From a virus (lineage: Duplodnaviria > Caudoviricetes), in IMG/VR virus record IMGVR_UViG_3300003965_000017, positions 1 to 32,581 of that record: a stretch of 32,581 nt of DNA; one strand, written 5' to 3'. Position numbers and translations under genes: made by a program. Below are positions 16,607 through 25,650 of this stretch, piece by piece (positions within the stretch are counted from its first letter, which is position 1; the number at the start of each line of letters is the position of its first letter). The notes under the pieces are model-generated. The model had not been told where the DNA came from, ran no database searches, and was given only the letters and a program-made list of their open reading frames with translations.

Positions 16607-17637
16607 CCGCCCGCCGCGCCGCCATTTCGCTGAGGCTGGAAGACGGCACCGATCTTGCGGACAGGATCCGACCGCGCCTGCTTTCCCTGCGCCTCTCCGA
16701 ACGGCGCGAGGACGATGCCGACGAAATCGATCTGGTGCTCGACAATGCCGATGGCCTGCTCGCCGTGCCGCGCACCGGCGTGCGCCTGGCGCTGGCGCTG
16801 GGATGGGAAAGCGGGGCGGATGTGCCGCTGGGCATGGTCGAGAAAGGCCGCTTCACGATCGACGAGATCGAGCTTTCCGGGCCACCCGATCAGATCGCGA
16901 TTCGCGGCCGCAGCGCGGACCTCACCGGGCTCTTGCGCAAGCGTGAGACGAAGACCTGGCGCAATACCACGCTGGGCACCGTGCTCGGCCAGATCGCATC
17001 ACGCCACAGCCGCATCGCCCGGATCGGCGGCGGGCTGGCCAATGCTGCGATCGGCGTGATCGAGCAGGAGGGCAAGAGCGACATGGCCTTCGTCCGCGAT
17101 CTGGGAAAGCGGTACGATGCCGTCGCCACTTGGAAGCATGATTATCTGCTGTTCCTGCCGATCGGCGTATCGGCCAGCGCGTCCGGGGTGCCGCTTGCCG
17201 GGCTGGTGTTGACCCGGCGCGACGGGTGGCAGTGGACCTTCCGCGAAGGCCAGCGGGAAAGCTACGCCGGCGCTGAAGCCCAGTGGCAGGACTCGGCCGG
17301 TGGCCGCCGCCGCACGGTGAAGGTGAAAGGCCCTGCTACCCCGGCGCGCGAAGGCGAGGCCGCGCCGACCGAGCCGAAAAAGCTAAAGCGGGTCTACGCC
17401 ACCGAGGCCGAGGCGCGCCAGGCGGCCGAGGCCGCGGCAAGCCGCGCTGCCCGGGTGCCTTTCGAATTCACCTATGATCTGGCGATCGCGGATCCCGCCA
17501 TCCAGCCCGACATGCGCGTGACGCTGCGCGGGTGGAATCCGACGATCGACGGGATCACCTGGCTGGTGAAGTCGGTCGAGATCAGCTTCGAAGGCGGCAG
17601 CGGGATGCGGCAGCGGGTCGAGCTGGAGAGCGCTTAG
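16603..17637 (+). CDS. gpD: Late control / baseplate hub protein D
   Basis: RLLSL.L....DADE.D..LD, LGW, KG.F.IDE.E.SGPPD...IR.RSAD, Q...SD..F...L...YDA. Confidence 0.93.
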   Translation: MTARRAAISLRLEDGTDLADRIRPRLLSLRLSERREDDADEIDLVLDNADGLLAVPRTGVRLALALGWESGADVPLGMVEKGRFTIDEIELSGPPDQIAIRGRSADLTGLLRKRETKTWRNTTLGTVLGQIASRHSRIARIGGGLANAAIGVIEQEGKSDMAFVRDLGKRYDAVATWKHDYLLFLPIGVSASASGVPLAGLVLTRRDGWQWTFREGQRESYAGAEAQWQDSAGGRRRTVKVKGPATPAREGEAAPTEPKKLKRVYATEAEARQAAEAAASRAARVPFEFTYDLAIADPAIQPDMRVTLRGWNPTIDGITWLVKSVEISFEGGSGMRQRVELESA

Positions 17638-17858
17638 GCTGGGCGCCGGAATGGGCTGACCCAAAGGCAAACCAACGGAGAGCCGAATAGAATTTCGGTC
17701 TCTTCCTTCCATTGATAGTGCTCGACGATCCTGACTTCGAAGGAACCGGTGTCACAGGTGAACACTTCGCCGCGGCGGGGCACCGCTGCGGTTTCGAAAT
17801 CGCCGATCAGCTTCTCGCTGTCGTAGTCTCGAACTGTGATGGCGACGCTCGGCTTCAT
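17634..17858 (-). CDS. Small hypothetical protein (lysogeny-side accessory gene)
   Basis: 74-aa ORF with AGGGGA SD, lower GC, same strand as cI; VPRRGE motif. Confidence 0.6.
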   Translation of the reverse strand: MKPSVAITVRDYDSEKLIGDFETAAVPRRGEVFTCDTGSFEVRIVEHYQWKEETEILFGSPLVCLWVSPFRRPA

Positions 17859-17904
17859 TGTTTGTCCCCTTACTACGCCAATAGCGGCTTATGGGGTGCC
17901 AGCG

Positions 17905-18591
17905 CTAATCGATCTTCGGCAGCTTGTTTAGATCAACGCCAAGCTCTGTAAGGGAGCCCATAAGGCCTGCGACACAGCGGATCGAACCCGATTGGATTTC
18001 CTCCATGGTGCCCTGCGCGCCCGCCATCTCCGCAACGCCGCCGTCTCCATTGATGACCTTTTTGACATCTTTCATGGCAGACCATTTGTTGGTGAATACG
18101 TAGGCGCATTCCTCTCGCGCCTCTGTCAGCTTTTCATGAACAGATTTGCCGACAGAAGAAGGAACATCAATAGCGCGGATGTCGCTGCCGACAGGTAGGC
18201 AGACAGACTCCGCAACTTCCACTGCGCGATAGGACCGGACCGCGTCACCCTTGGCCATCTCGCCCGAAGCGGCTGTGAAAGCTTTATCGCAATCCGTCCC
18301 GGCTCTAATAACCTTCTGGTAAAACGCCGTAGCATCGGCCTTTGCCGTGTCTTCAGGCTTTTCGGGTATGGAGCCTGTAGTAGCGACAGAGCAAAAGCTG
18401 GCGCCCAGAACCAAAAGCACTGCGAGAGCACCGCAGCCCACCAGCATACTCTTCCGCTCAGATCTCATGGTTGCTTTGTCAGCTGCGGTAAATTCGCTTT
18501 GGCAATGCGGGCACTTGTTTGCCTGTGCGTTGATCCATTCCTTGCAATATGGACATTGGGCTGTGTTCAGCCCTGCTTTCGACTTGGCCAC
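17905..18591 (-). CDS. Zinc-ribbon + TM + Cys-paired helical domain protein downstream of cI
   Basis: CPYC...CPHC, hydrophobic GCGALAVLLVLGASFC segment, four spaced Cys in the C-terminal domain. GTG start with GGGGGA SD 10 nt after the cI stop; lower GC. Confidence 0.75.
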   Translation of the reverse strand: MAKSKAGLNTAQCPYCKEWINAQANKCPHCQSEFTAADKATMRSERKSMLVGCGALAVLLVLGASFCSVATTGSIPEKPEDTAKADATAFYQKVIRAGTDCDKAFTAASGEMAKGDAVRSYRAVEVAESVCLPVGSDIRAIDVPSSVGKSVHEKLTEAREECAYVFTNKWSAMKDVKKVINGDGGVAEMAGAQGTMEEIQSGSIRCVAGLMGSLTELGVDLNKLPKID

Positions 18592-18601
18592 ACAAATCCC
18601 C

Positions 18602-19279
18602 CTACACCCGTCTTCCGATCCAGATCACCCGGCCTATTGCCTGCACCTCGCCGTCATAGGCGGTGAAGTTCCCCACGGCAGGGTTGTCGCTGATGATCAG
18701 CGCGCCGCCGTCAGGTTGCATGCGTACCCGCTTGATCATGCCCAGATCGCCGTAATTCAGGCACCAGAGCCGGTCCTGCTTGATGATCGTCTTCTGTGCC
18801 GTGTCGATGATCACGAAATCGCTGTCGAGGATCGTCGGCATCATGCTGTCGCCTTCGCCGCGAGCGACGAACAGATCGCCGAAGGTGCCGCCGATCATCG
18901 GGCGCAGCCATTCGCGCGGGAAGGGGATCAGCGCGGTCTGGGCGTATTCCTCGAACACCGAACCGCCGCCCATGGAATAGCCGATATCCAGTTGGGGGAT
19001 CATTACCGTGCCCTCGGGAATTTCGGAGGGAGGGCCGCGCCAGGCCAGCTGCTTTTCCCCGAGCGGGCAGGAAGGATCATCGGTCTCCCCACGAAGGTAT
19101 GCAGATGTCGTCCGCAGCTGTCGGGCGATCAGATCGAGAGCACGCGTGGTCTTTGTCTCGCCAGTCAGGAGCCGCGCAATCGAAGGCTGTTTCATCCCCA
19201 CGCGCTCAGCAAGCTCGGACTGGTTAAGTCCGGCTGCTTCCATGGCTTTTGCCAAGTGCGCGCGATTCACCTCCCACAT
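18602..19279 (-). CDS. cI: CI-like repressor (XRE HTH + S24 peptidase)
   Basis: HTH LNQSELAERVGMKQPSIARL; S24 GDSMMPTI (Ser) and IKRV (Lys). Start chosen at ATG 19279; upstream in-frame starts exist. Confidence 0.92.
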   Translation of the reverse strand: MWEVNRAHLAKAMEAAGLNQSELAERVGMKQPSIARLLTGETKTTRALDLIARQLRTTSAYLRGETDDPSCPLGEKQLAWRGPPSEIPEGTVMIPQLDIGYSMGGGSVFEEYAQTALIPFPREWLRPMIGGTFGDLFVARGEGDSMMPTILDSDFVIIDTAQKTIIKQDRLWCLNYGDLGMIKRVRMQPDGGALIISDNPAVGNFTAYDGEVQAIGRVIWIGRRV

Positions 19280-19327
19280 GAACGGGGTGGTAGAACGTTG
19301 TTCAACCAGCATCATCCAACTTTTCCG

Positions 19328-19364
19328 TTGACCGTAATACGTGCACGTATATACGTGAACGTAT
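19328..19364 (+). promoter_or_regulatory. Early promoter with two abutting 14-bp operators
   Basis: TTGACC at 19328-19333; perfect palindrome ATACGTGCACGTAT (19337-19350) directly followed by ATACGTGAACGTAT (19351-19364), which overlaps the cro ATG. Confidence 0.75.
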
Positions 19365-19713
19365 GACAAGGTTCGAAGCCCTCAAGGCGGTGCGCGCCGC
19401 ATTTCCTACCGAACAGGCCATGGCCGATGCCTTCGGTGTGTCTCAACCGACCATCTGGCGTTGGCTAAATCAGTCGAAGCAGATGCCAGCGGCGCATGTG
19501 CTGACCGCAGAAAGGCTGACCGGTGTTTCCCGCCACGATCTGCGCCCTGACATCTACCCGCGCGAAGCCATGGTCGACCGTCACATTGGCGCGCGCTTTG
19601 CCGGCGTCGATCGCCATGCGGGGTTCGATCCTGTCCATGGTGCCTATCCTACCGCGCGCCAGCATGGGGTCGATTTCAATCGCCCGCAGGCTTTGAAGGG
19701 AGCGGCCCGGTGA
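19363..19713 (+). CDS. cro: Cro-like (YdaS-family) HTH regulator
   Basis: Q..MADAFGVSQPTIWRW...P..HV...E..TGVSRHDLRPDIYP; divergent from cI. Confidence 0.88.
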   Translation: MTRFEALKAVRAAFPTEQAMADAFGVSQPTIWRWLNQSKQMPAAHVLTAERLTGVSRHDLRPDIYPREAMVDRHIGARFAGVDRHAGFDPVHGAYPTARQHGVDFNRPQALKGAAR

Positions 19714-20153
19714 CCAAGCGGCGCGAACCCCTGACCTATCACCGCGCGCTCACCACGATCGCCGCGCGCATCGGGTGGGATCGCTGCGCGGCGATCTGCG
19801 GCGTGACCGAACGCACGGTGCGCTACTGGTCCGATCCCGATTGCGAAACCGAGATTCGGTTGATCGATGCCGAGCGGCTCGATCGGGCCTTTATCGAGCA
19901 CGGCGGCGATCATGCGCCCTTCCTGCGCCTTTTCGGCCTGCGGCTCGACGTGCAGGCCCGGGTCGAGAACGCGGATCTGGTCAAGTTGGCGGGCGAACTG
20001 GCGAAGGAGTCGGGCGAAGCCATTGCTGCAACAATCGCCGCTGGCGCCCAGTCCGATTGCACGCGCAGCCAGCAGCGCGCGCGGCAGGAACTGGAAGAGG
20101 CGATCGCCAAGATGACCGATTGCCTCGCATCGCTGGGAGGCAGCGATGTCTGA
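19710..20153 (+). CDS. CII-like phage regulator
   Basis: N-terminal HTH (CAAICGVTERTVRYW) and helical C-terminus (KESGEAI...ELEEAI); position after cro. Confidence 0.6.
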   Translation: MTKRREPLTYHRALTTIAARIGWDRCAAICGVTERTVRYWSDPDCETEIRLIDAERLDRAFIEHGGDHAPFLRLFGLRLDVQARVENADLVKLAGELAKESGEAIAATIAAGAQSDCTRSQQRARQELEEAIAKMTDCLASLGGSDV

Positions 20154-20319
20154 CCCCGCGATCACCACTTCCCCGAAGGGGATTGCACACACCGCCCAAC
20201 CAGCGACGGTGCGAAGCCATGGCACCGGCAGGAGTGAACGGGGCCCCGAGGGGAACAGAGTGACCCCCGTGAATGCCATGGAATCTGGAACCTCTTTCGG
20301 GGTGCATGGCCATGCCTGA
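20146..20319 (+). CDS. Small hypothetical protein (57 aa)
   Basis: GGAGG SD; overlaps the upstream stop and the downstream ogr start. Confidence 0.4.
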   Translation: MSDPAITTSPKGIAHTAQPATVRSHGTGRSERGPEGNRVTPVNAMESGTSFGVHGHA

Positions 20320-20674
20320 CCGCGCCCCCGCCATCGACCGCCCCATGGTCGAAGCGCCGCTCAAGTTCCGGCTGCAGCCTGGCGGCAAGCGCGGCGGGGA
20401 CGGGTGCTTCGTGCGCTGTCCGAAATGCGATGCGCCGGGCATGATCCGCCGGTCTGACCGTCCGACGCCCACCGTGACCCAGATGACCGTGCACTGCACC
20501 GACAGCGCCTGCGGCCACACCTGGCGCGCGGACATCGTCTTCGTTCACACGCTGGTCGAAGGGAACATCGACCGGCCCGATCTCGACCTCCCCGTCTGCC
20601 CCAAGAGCGAACTGGTGCACGTGCGCCCGCCCTCGCGCGACGGGCCGGACGGGCAGGAAAGCCTGTTCGGCTGA
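20312..20674 (+). CDS. ogr: Ogr/Delta-like zinc-finger late activator
   Basis: CPKC...IRRS...C.DSACGHTW four-Cys pattern. Confidence 0.85.
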   Translation: MPDRAPAIDRPMVEAPLKFRLQPGGKRGGDGCFVRCPKCDAPGMIRRSDRPTPTVTQMTVHCTDSACGHTWRADIVFVHTLVEGNIDRPDLDLPVCPKSELVHVRPPSRDGPDGQESLFG

Positions 20675-20748
20675 CCGGGCCAGTCGCCCGCCAACCACCA
20701 CCACAACCGAATTCTTGGCGCGGCCGCGATTGCCGCAAGGGGGACGCT

Positions 20749-20880
20749 TTGACCTTTCCGATCCGATACTACCGGCCCGCGCGGCCACCCCGGCAAATCC
20801 CGGAAATCGTCTGGGCTGCACCCGGGCTGCTGCTCGCCGGCGCACTCATCGGCCACCTGATCGAGGCGGCATGGCGATGA
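20749..20880 (+). CDS. Small membrane peptide (43 aa, TTG start)
   Basis: AAGGGGGA SD; MTFPIRYY...IVWAAPGLLLAGALIGHLIEAAWR; ATGA overlap with the next gene. Confidence 0.5.
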   Translation: MTFPIRYYRPARPPRQIPEIVWAAPGLLLAGALIGHLIEAAWR

Positions 20881-21161
20881 CCGGCGCCAGATCCCTTTCG
20901 ATTGCCGAGGCTGAGCAGCAGATCCGCCTGATCATGGACCGGTACCGGGTCTATGCCGTCTCCATGCAGCGCGGCCGCTATGCGGTCTGGGCTGGAAGGG
21001 GCGAACAAACCCGGCAGGCCACGGCGCCGACCTCGCACAGGGACGCGACCGAGGCCCGGAACGCGTTCATCACAAGCGATATTCTTTCCCTGTTTCTGGA
21101 TGCAGGCTGGTCGCCGCAAGAGATCGAGCTGACAGCTGCCGGCACGGGGGCGCCGGCATGA
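20877..21161 (+). CDS. Hypothetical phage protein
   Basis: ATGA-coupled at both ends; GAGG SD. Confidence 0.6.
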   Translation: MTGARSLSIAEAEQQIRLIMDRYRVYAVSMQRGRYAVWAGRGEQTRQATAPTSHRDATEARNAFITSDILSLFLDAGWSPQEIELTAAGTGAPA

Positions 21162-21460
21162 ACGACATTCGCCCCGGGGACCGCGTCCTCTACCGCGACG
21201 GCGACCGCTACGGCGTCGCCCGCGTCGACATTGTCGGCGAGCGCCATATCACCGGCTTCCCCTTCGACCCAGCCCACCGGCGCTGGTCCCGTCGCAACCG
21301 CCGGATCGCGGCCAGCTTTGTCTTCGGCAAGCTGCCGCCGCAGGAACATGCCGGTCGCATCGCGGCCAAGCTGGAACGCCTCGCCATCGAGCGCGACATC
21401 ATGCGTTCGCAGGCCAATCGCTGGCTGGAAGATTGCGTCCGGGAGCTCGCCAAACCGTGA
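21158..21460 (+). CDS. Hypothetical phage protein (SH3-like N-terminus possible)
   Basis: IRPGDRVLY start; coupled to neighbours; typical codon usage. Confidence 0.65.
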   Translation: MNDIRPGDRVLYRDGDRYGVARVDIVGERHITGFPFDPAHRRWSRRNRRIAASFVFGKLPPQEHAGRIAAKLERLAIERDIMRSQANRWLEDCVRELAKP

Positions 21461-24105
21461 GCCTGCAAGACGAAATCATGAAGGCCCTGCAGGCCCAGTT
21501 CCAGTTCCGCAAGACCAAGGGCGACTGGCTGCAGGAAGGCACCTGCCCGCAGTGCGGGAAGCGCGAGGCCTATTGCGCGGCCAAGGAACCCAAGATCGTG
21601 CGCTGCGGCCGGGCCGAGCGTTGCGGGTGGGAAGACAGCGTTCGCAACCTGCTGCCCGATCTGTTCGAAGACTGGTCGAACAACCACAAGCCCACGCCTG
21701 AAAACCCCAACGCCACCGCTGATGCCTACCTGCAATACGAGCGCGGGCTGGATCTGCGGCTGCTGCGCGGCCTCTACACGCAAGAGGTCTACAAGGATTA
21801 CGAGACCGGACAGACCTCGGCCGCGATCCGCTTCCCGATCGGGGACAGCTATTGGGAACGGCTGATCGACCGGCCGGGCCGATTCAAGAAAAAAGCGCAC
21901 TTCCGCAAGGGCGGCAGCTGGGGCGGGCACTGCTGGATGCCGAACGGCACCACCTTCCAAACCCTCGCCCAGGCAAACGAGATCTGGATCACCGAAGGCA
22001 TCTTCGATGCGACCGCGCTCTCGCAGGGCGCGAAGCTCGCCGCCGTGTCGAACATGTCGACGGGCCCCTATCCCGAGCACTTTCTCGGGGCGCTGGCCAA
22101 GGCCTGCCTCGATGCCGGCCGGCGCGATCGGCCGAAACTGGTCTTTGCCTTCGATGTCGGCGCCGCCGGCGTGTTCTACACCAAGAAGCATATCGAGCGG
22201 GCAAAGCGAGAAGGCTGGGATGCCACCGCCGCGCAGGTCCGCCCCGATGGGGAAGGGACCAAGCTCGACTGGAACGACCTTTTGCTGCGGCACCAGAGCT
22301 GGAAGGGCGCGCCCGAGGACGCACCGCTCGCGCCGGCCGCGATCGAAGGCTACCTCTACAACGGCGCAATCACGATCGCGGCCAGCCCGCGCGACAAGGC
22401 CAAGCTGCTTGTCGCCCGCAACGCCGGGCGATCATCGTTCCACTTCCGCCACGCCAACCGCATGTTCTGGTGCCGGGTGAAGATCGACGAGGACAACAAG
22501 CCGCAGCTCGACGTCGCCGAAATCTGCAACTGCGCCTGGCGCATCCTCTACCGCGAATATGATCCGGTCGAAGACCAGGCCACGTTCTTCCTGCAGATCG
22601 ACTTCCCCTTTGGCGATGAAACCGTGCGCGCCCGCTTCAGCGCCGCCGCTGTCACCAACGCGGCCGAGTTCAAGAAGCGGCTGATGACCTTCGCCGGTTC
22701 ATGGTCCGGCACCACCGAACAGCTCGACATCATCGTCAAGGCCCAGACCCGGCAGCTCAAGAAGATCGAGCCGGTGAAGGTGCTGGGCTATTCGCGCAAG
22801 CATGCTGCCTGGCTGCTCGGCGATATCGCCGTGCACAAGGGCCGCGTGGTAGAGCCCAACGCCGAGGAATATTTCGAGTTCGGCAAGCTCTCCGCCAAGC
22901 TCGCCAGCCCCGAACGGCCGCTCGAAATCCGCTACGATCCCGACCGGGTCGCGACCGAATGGCTCGATGATCTGTGGACCGCCTATGGCGCCAAGGGCGT
23001 GGTGGTCCTCGCCTTCTTCATGATGGCGGTCTTTGCGGTGCAGATCCGCGCGCGCGACGGATCGCTTGGCTTCCTCGAAATCACCGGGCTGCCCGGGGCG
23101 GGCAAATCGACGCTGGTGGAATCGCTCTGGCGGCTGCTGGGGCGTCCCGACTTTGAAGGGTTGGATCCCGTCAAGACCAGTGCGGCGGGCCTCGCGCGCG
23201 AGCTGGTGAAGTTCTCCAACCTGCCGATCGGCCTGATCGAAAGCGGGCGCGAGGACGATCGCAACCACTCCAAGAAATTCGATCCCAACGAACTGCTGGT
23301 GCTGTTCAACGGCCGCTCGCCCCGAACGATCGGGCGGCGGTCCGGCGGGTACGAGACAGACAGCCAGCCCTTCCAGGGCGCGCTCTACCTCATGCAGAAC
23401 GAACGGATTTCGGCGATCCCGGCCGTGCTCGAACGCCTCATGTCGCTGCACTTCGACAAGGCGCATTTCAGCGAAGCCGGCAGGGAAGCCGCATCGCGCT
23501 TCAAGCAGATGCCGCTCTCCGACGTGTCGGGCACGATCATCCATGTCGCCCGCAAGGAGGACGTCTACCTCACCGCGCACACGGCCCGGTTCAACCACCA
23601 CCTGAAGGACATGCGCCGCCGGGTCAAAGGGCTCGGAAACGATCGCGTCATCCTCAACCACAGCCAGCTCGCCGCCGCGATCGAAACCCTGCCGCTTCTG
23701 TTCCCGAACACCCGCTCCGAATGGGTGGCCGAAGCCGTCAGGTTGGTCGACGCGATGGCGATCGACCGCCAGCAATCGACGGGCGGCGATCACCCGCTGG
23801 TTGCCGCTTTCTGGGAAAACATCGAGCACCTGCTCAACCGAGAGGATGCCAACGCGCACGCCGAGGGCAGGAGCATCAACCAGCATCGCAACCCCCACGA
23901 AAAGATTGCGATCAACCTGCCCGATTACGAAGCCCGGTGCCGCAACGCTGGTCTCAGCCCGCCAAATCTCGATCAGCTCAAGAAGCTTCTGCGCGGCTCG
24001 AAATCACGGCGTTGGATCGCGACTAAGGCGGTCAACTGCCAGGACGACAAAACCCGCAGCTGCTGGGTCTTCCAAATCCCGACCGAGAAGGGGCCCTTCG
24101 TATGA
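21457..24105 (+). CDS. Replication protein: Zn finger + Toprim primase + P-loop helicase
   Basis: CPQCGKRE...CGR..RCG; WITEGIFDA, FAFD, DWND Toprim motifs; Walker A GLPGAGKST; GTG start overlapping the upstream stop. Confidence 0.9.
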   Translation: MSLQDEIMKALQAQFQFRKTKGDWLQEGTCPQCGKREAYCAAKEPKIVRCGRAERCGWEDSVRNLLPDLFEDWSNNHKPTPENPNATADAYLQYERGLDLRLLRGLYTQEVYKDYETGQTSAAIRFPIGDSYWERLIDRPGRFKKKAHFRKGGSWGGHCWMPNGTTFQTLAQANEIWITEGIFDATALSQGAKLAAVSNMSTGPYPEHFLGALAKACLDAGRRDRPKLVFAFDVGAAGVFYTKKHIERAKREGWDATAAQVRPDGEGTKLDWNDLLLRHQSWKGAPEDAPLAPAAIEGYLYNGAITIAASPRDKAKLLVARNAGRSSFHFRHANRMFWCRVKIDEDNKPQLDVAEICNCAWRILYREYDPVEDQATFFLQIDFPFGDETVRARFSAAAVTNAAEFKKRLMTFAGSWSGTTEQLDIIVKAQTRQLKKIEPVKVLGYSRKHAAWLLGDIAVHKGRVVEPNAEEYFEFGKLSAKLASPERPLEIRYDPDRVATEWLDDLWTAYGAKGVVVLAFFMMAVFAVQIRARDGSLGFLEITGLPGAGKSTLVESLWRLLGRPDFEGLDPVKTSAAGLARELVKFSNLPIGLIESGREDDRNHSKKFDPNELLVLFNGRSPRTIGRRSGGYETDSQPFQGALYLMQNERISAIPAVLERLMSLHFDKAHFSEAGREAASRFKQMPLSDVSGTIIHVARKEDVYLTAHTARFNHHLKDMRRRVKGLGNDRVILNHSQLAAAIETLPLLFPNTRSEWVAEAVRLVDAMAIDRQQSTGGDHPLVAAFWENIEHLLNREDANAHAEGRSINQHRNPHEKIAINLPDYEARCRNAGLSPPNLDQLKKLLRGSKSRRWIATKAVNCQDDKTRSCWVFQIPTEKGPFV

Positions 24106-24653
24106 GCGCCGCACTTGCGCCGCGGCCGATGGGCCGCTGGTCATCCCCTGCCACAGACGACACGACCAAAGCCGGCGAACGCCGCTGGCCTGCGAAGGGA
24201 CGCCCCGCGATCATCCTTCCCGAACCGCCGCCCGCGTGGGCGGACTTCGGCGATCTGCGGCGCATGGCTGAGACGATGCTGTCTGCGCGGCGCGACAGCT
24301 TCCCCCGGCGCATCGCCGCCGGTGAACTGGCGGAGGAAGCCGCCACCCGCGAACTGCGCGCCTTCGCCGATCTGGTGCGCGACTGGGAATTCATCTGCGA
24401 CGGGGAGGGCGAGCCTGCCGGCATCGCCACCGAACAGGACCGCCGCGACGCGCTCGACCAGGCGATTGATCGTATCGCCGCCTACGCCGCGGAACACGGG
24501 GGCTTCTCCGACCAGCTCGAAGACCAGGCGCACCGCGTGATCGCCCTGCGCTGGCACCTCGAACCGGGGCAGCGAACCGTCGCGCTGGCCCGGCTCACCC
24601 ATGAACTGCGGGCGGAGGCCCGCACCAGCAAGGGAGACCCCCAGCATGCGTGA
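24102..24653 (+). CDS. Hypothetical phage protein
   Basis: Coupled to the primase stop; RRDSFPRRIAAGEL motif; typical codon usage. Confidence 0.7.
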   Translation: MSAALAPRPMGRWSSPATDDTTKAGERRWPAKGRPAIILPEPPPAWADFGDLRRMAETMLSARRDSFPRRIAAGELAEEAATRELRAFADLVRDWEFICDGEGEPAGIATEQDRRDALDQAIDRIAAYAAEHGGFSDQLEDQAHRVIALRWHLEPGQRTVALARLTHELRAEARTSKGDPQHA

Positions 24654-24819
24654 TCCGAACCGGCCATGGCCAATCCACCCGGCCGATTGCGGCTGCCCGC
24701 GCTGCGATCCGCACCTTTTGGGCGGTCGCCGCCGCCTGACCCTCGAACACGCCCTTGTCGGGCTGATCGTCGCCGCTGCCGCTCTGGCCGCGGCTCTCGC
24801 CATTCTTGGCGCCAACTGA
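24646..24819 (+). CDS. Small protein with HP.DC.CPRC motif and C-terminal TM
   Basis: AAGGGAG SD; Cys/His cluster; hydrophobic tail. Confidence 0.6.
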   Translation: MRDPNRPWPIHPADCGCPRCDPHLLGGRRRLTLEHALVGLIVAAAALAAALAILGAN

Positions 24820-24834
24820 AGGGAGTACGCCCCC

Positions 24835-25008
24835 ATGAACCGGACCGGACACCAGCACTTTACCTTCGAATGCGGCTGCGGAAAGCAGCACACCAGCCCC
24901 ACCACCGCCACGCCTTCGGGCTGGCAGATCGGCCGCGACGGCCAACCCATGTGCGACGATTGCGTGAGTGCCCGCACCGCGCGCAGGCCCCGGAGGGCGG
25001 CGGCATGA
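24835..25008 (+). CDS. Small zinc-finger protein (57 aa)
   Basis: AAGGGAG SD; CGCG...PSGW...CDDC; ATGA overlap with the next gene. Not in the supplied ORF track. Confidence 0.65.
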   Translation: MNRTGHQHFTFECGCGKQHTSPTTATPSGWQIGRDGQPMCDDCVSARTARRPRRAAA

Positions 25009-25325
25009 TGCTCTCAGGCGACGCGCGCGAGCTGCAGCCCAAGGCTAAGACCATTGATCTGACAGGGCAGGGCACCGGCGACCGGTATTATGCGGTGATC
25101 CGCACCTCGCCCTATCACTCGATCAGGCCGGAAACCGTCTACCCAGAATTCCTGACGGTGATCTTCAAGGCCCGCGACTTCAGCCATGCGGCCGACTTCG
25201 CGAAGGCGATGGCGACGATCATCCAGATCGGCCACGACGTTCACCGCGCTACGGTGAAAGAGGTCGGCAGGACCAAATTCGATCACGTCACGCGGCCCGC
25301 AGAACGCCCGGTAGTAGGGGCATGA
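25005..25325 (+). CDS. Hypothetical phage protein
   Basis: GGAGG SD; ATGA coupling at both ends. Confidence 0.6.
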   Translation: MMLSGDARELQPKAKTIDLTGQGTGDRYYAVIRTSPYHSIRPETVYPEFLTVIFKARDFSHAADFAKAMATIIQIGHDVHRATVKEVGRTKFDHVTRPAERPVVGA

Positions 25326-25645
25326 GCCGCCCGCTCCCGACCCTGCGCATCGGCAGTTACGCGGCGATGGCGCGCGATATCGAACACGTCCGCGTATTCG
25401 CCGAGGATGCCGATGCCTTCCGCGGCGTGATCACCGCTCGCGCCGCGCTGGTCGAAAAGCAAATCACCCGCTTCGTCGCGCCCCACCGGCAGGGCGAGGG
25501 CCTGTGCGAGGAAGCCCTCAACCTCACCCTCGATGCGCTGCTCGAACTGCGCAACGCCGGCGCCGATCGCGACAAGGCGATCCGCCACCTCGAACTCGCC
25601 GCCGCCATGGCGATCACCACCATCAACACACTGCGACAGGAGTAA
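25322..25645 (+). CDS. Hypothetical helical phage protein
   Basis: Coupled ORF with typical codon usage. Confidence 0.65.
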   Translation: MSRPLPTLRIGSYAAMARDIEHVRVFAEDADAFRGVITARAALVEKQITRFVAPHRQGEGLCEEALNLTLDALLELRNAGADRDKAIRHLELAAAMAITTINTLRQE

Positions 25646-25650
25646 TCGCG

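Noticed and set aside
19280-19296. Alphaproteobacterial LexA box upstream of cI
   Set aside because: Spacing is GAAC-N9-GAAC, not the required N7.
18347-19366. 339-aa plus-strand ORF
   Set aside because: Antisense to cI and its downstream gene, which carry the recognisable motifs.
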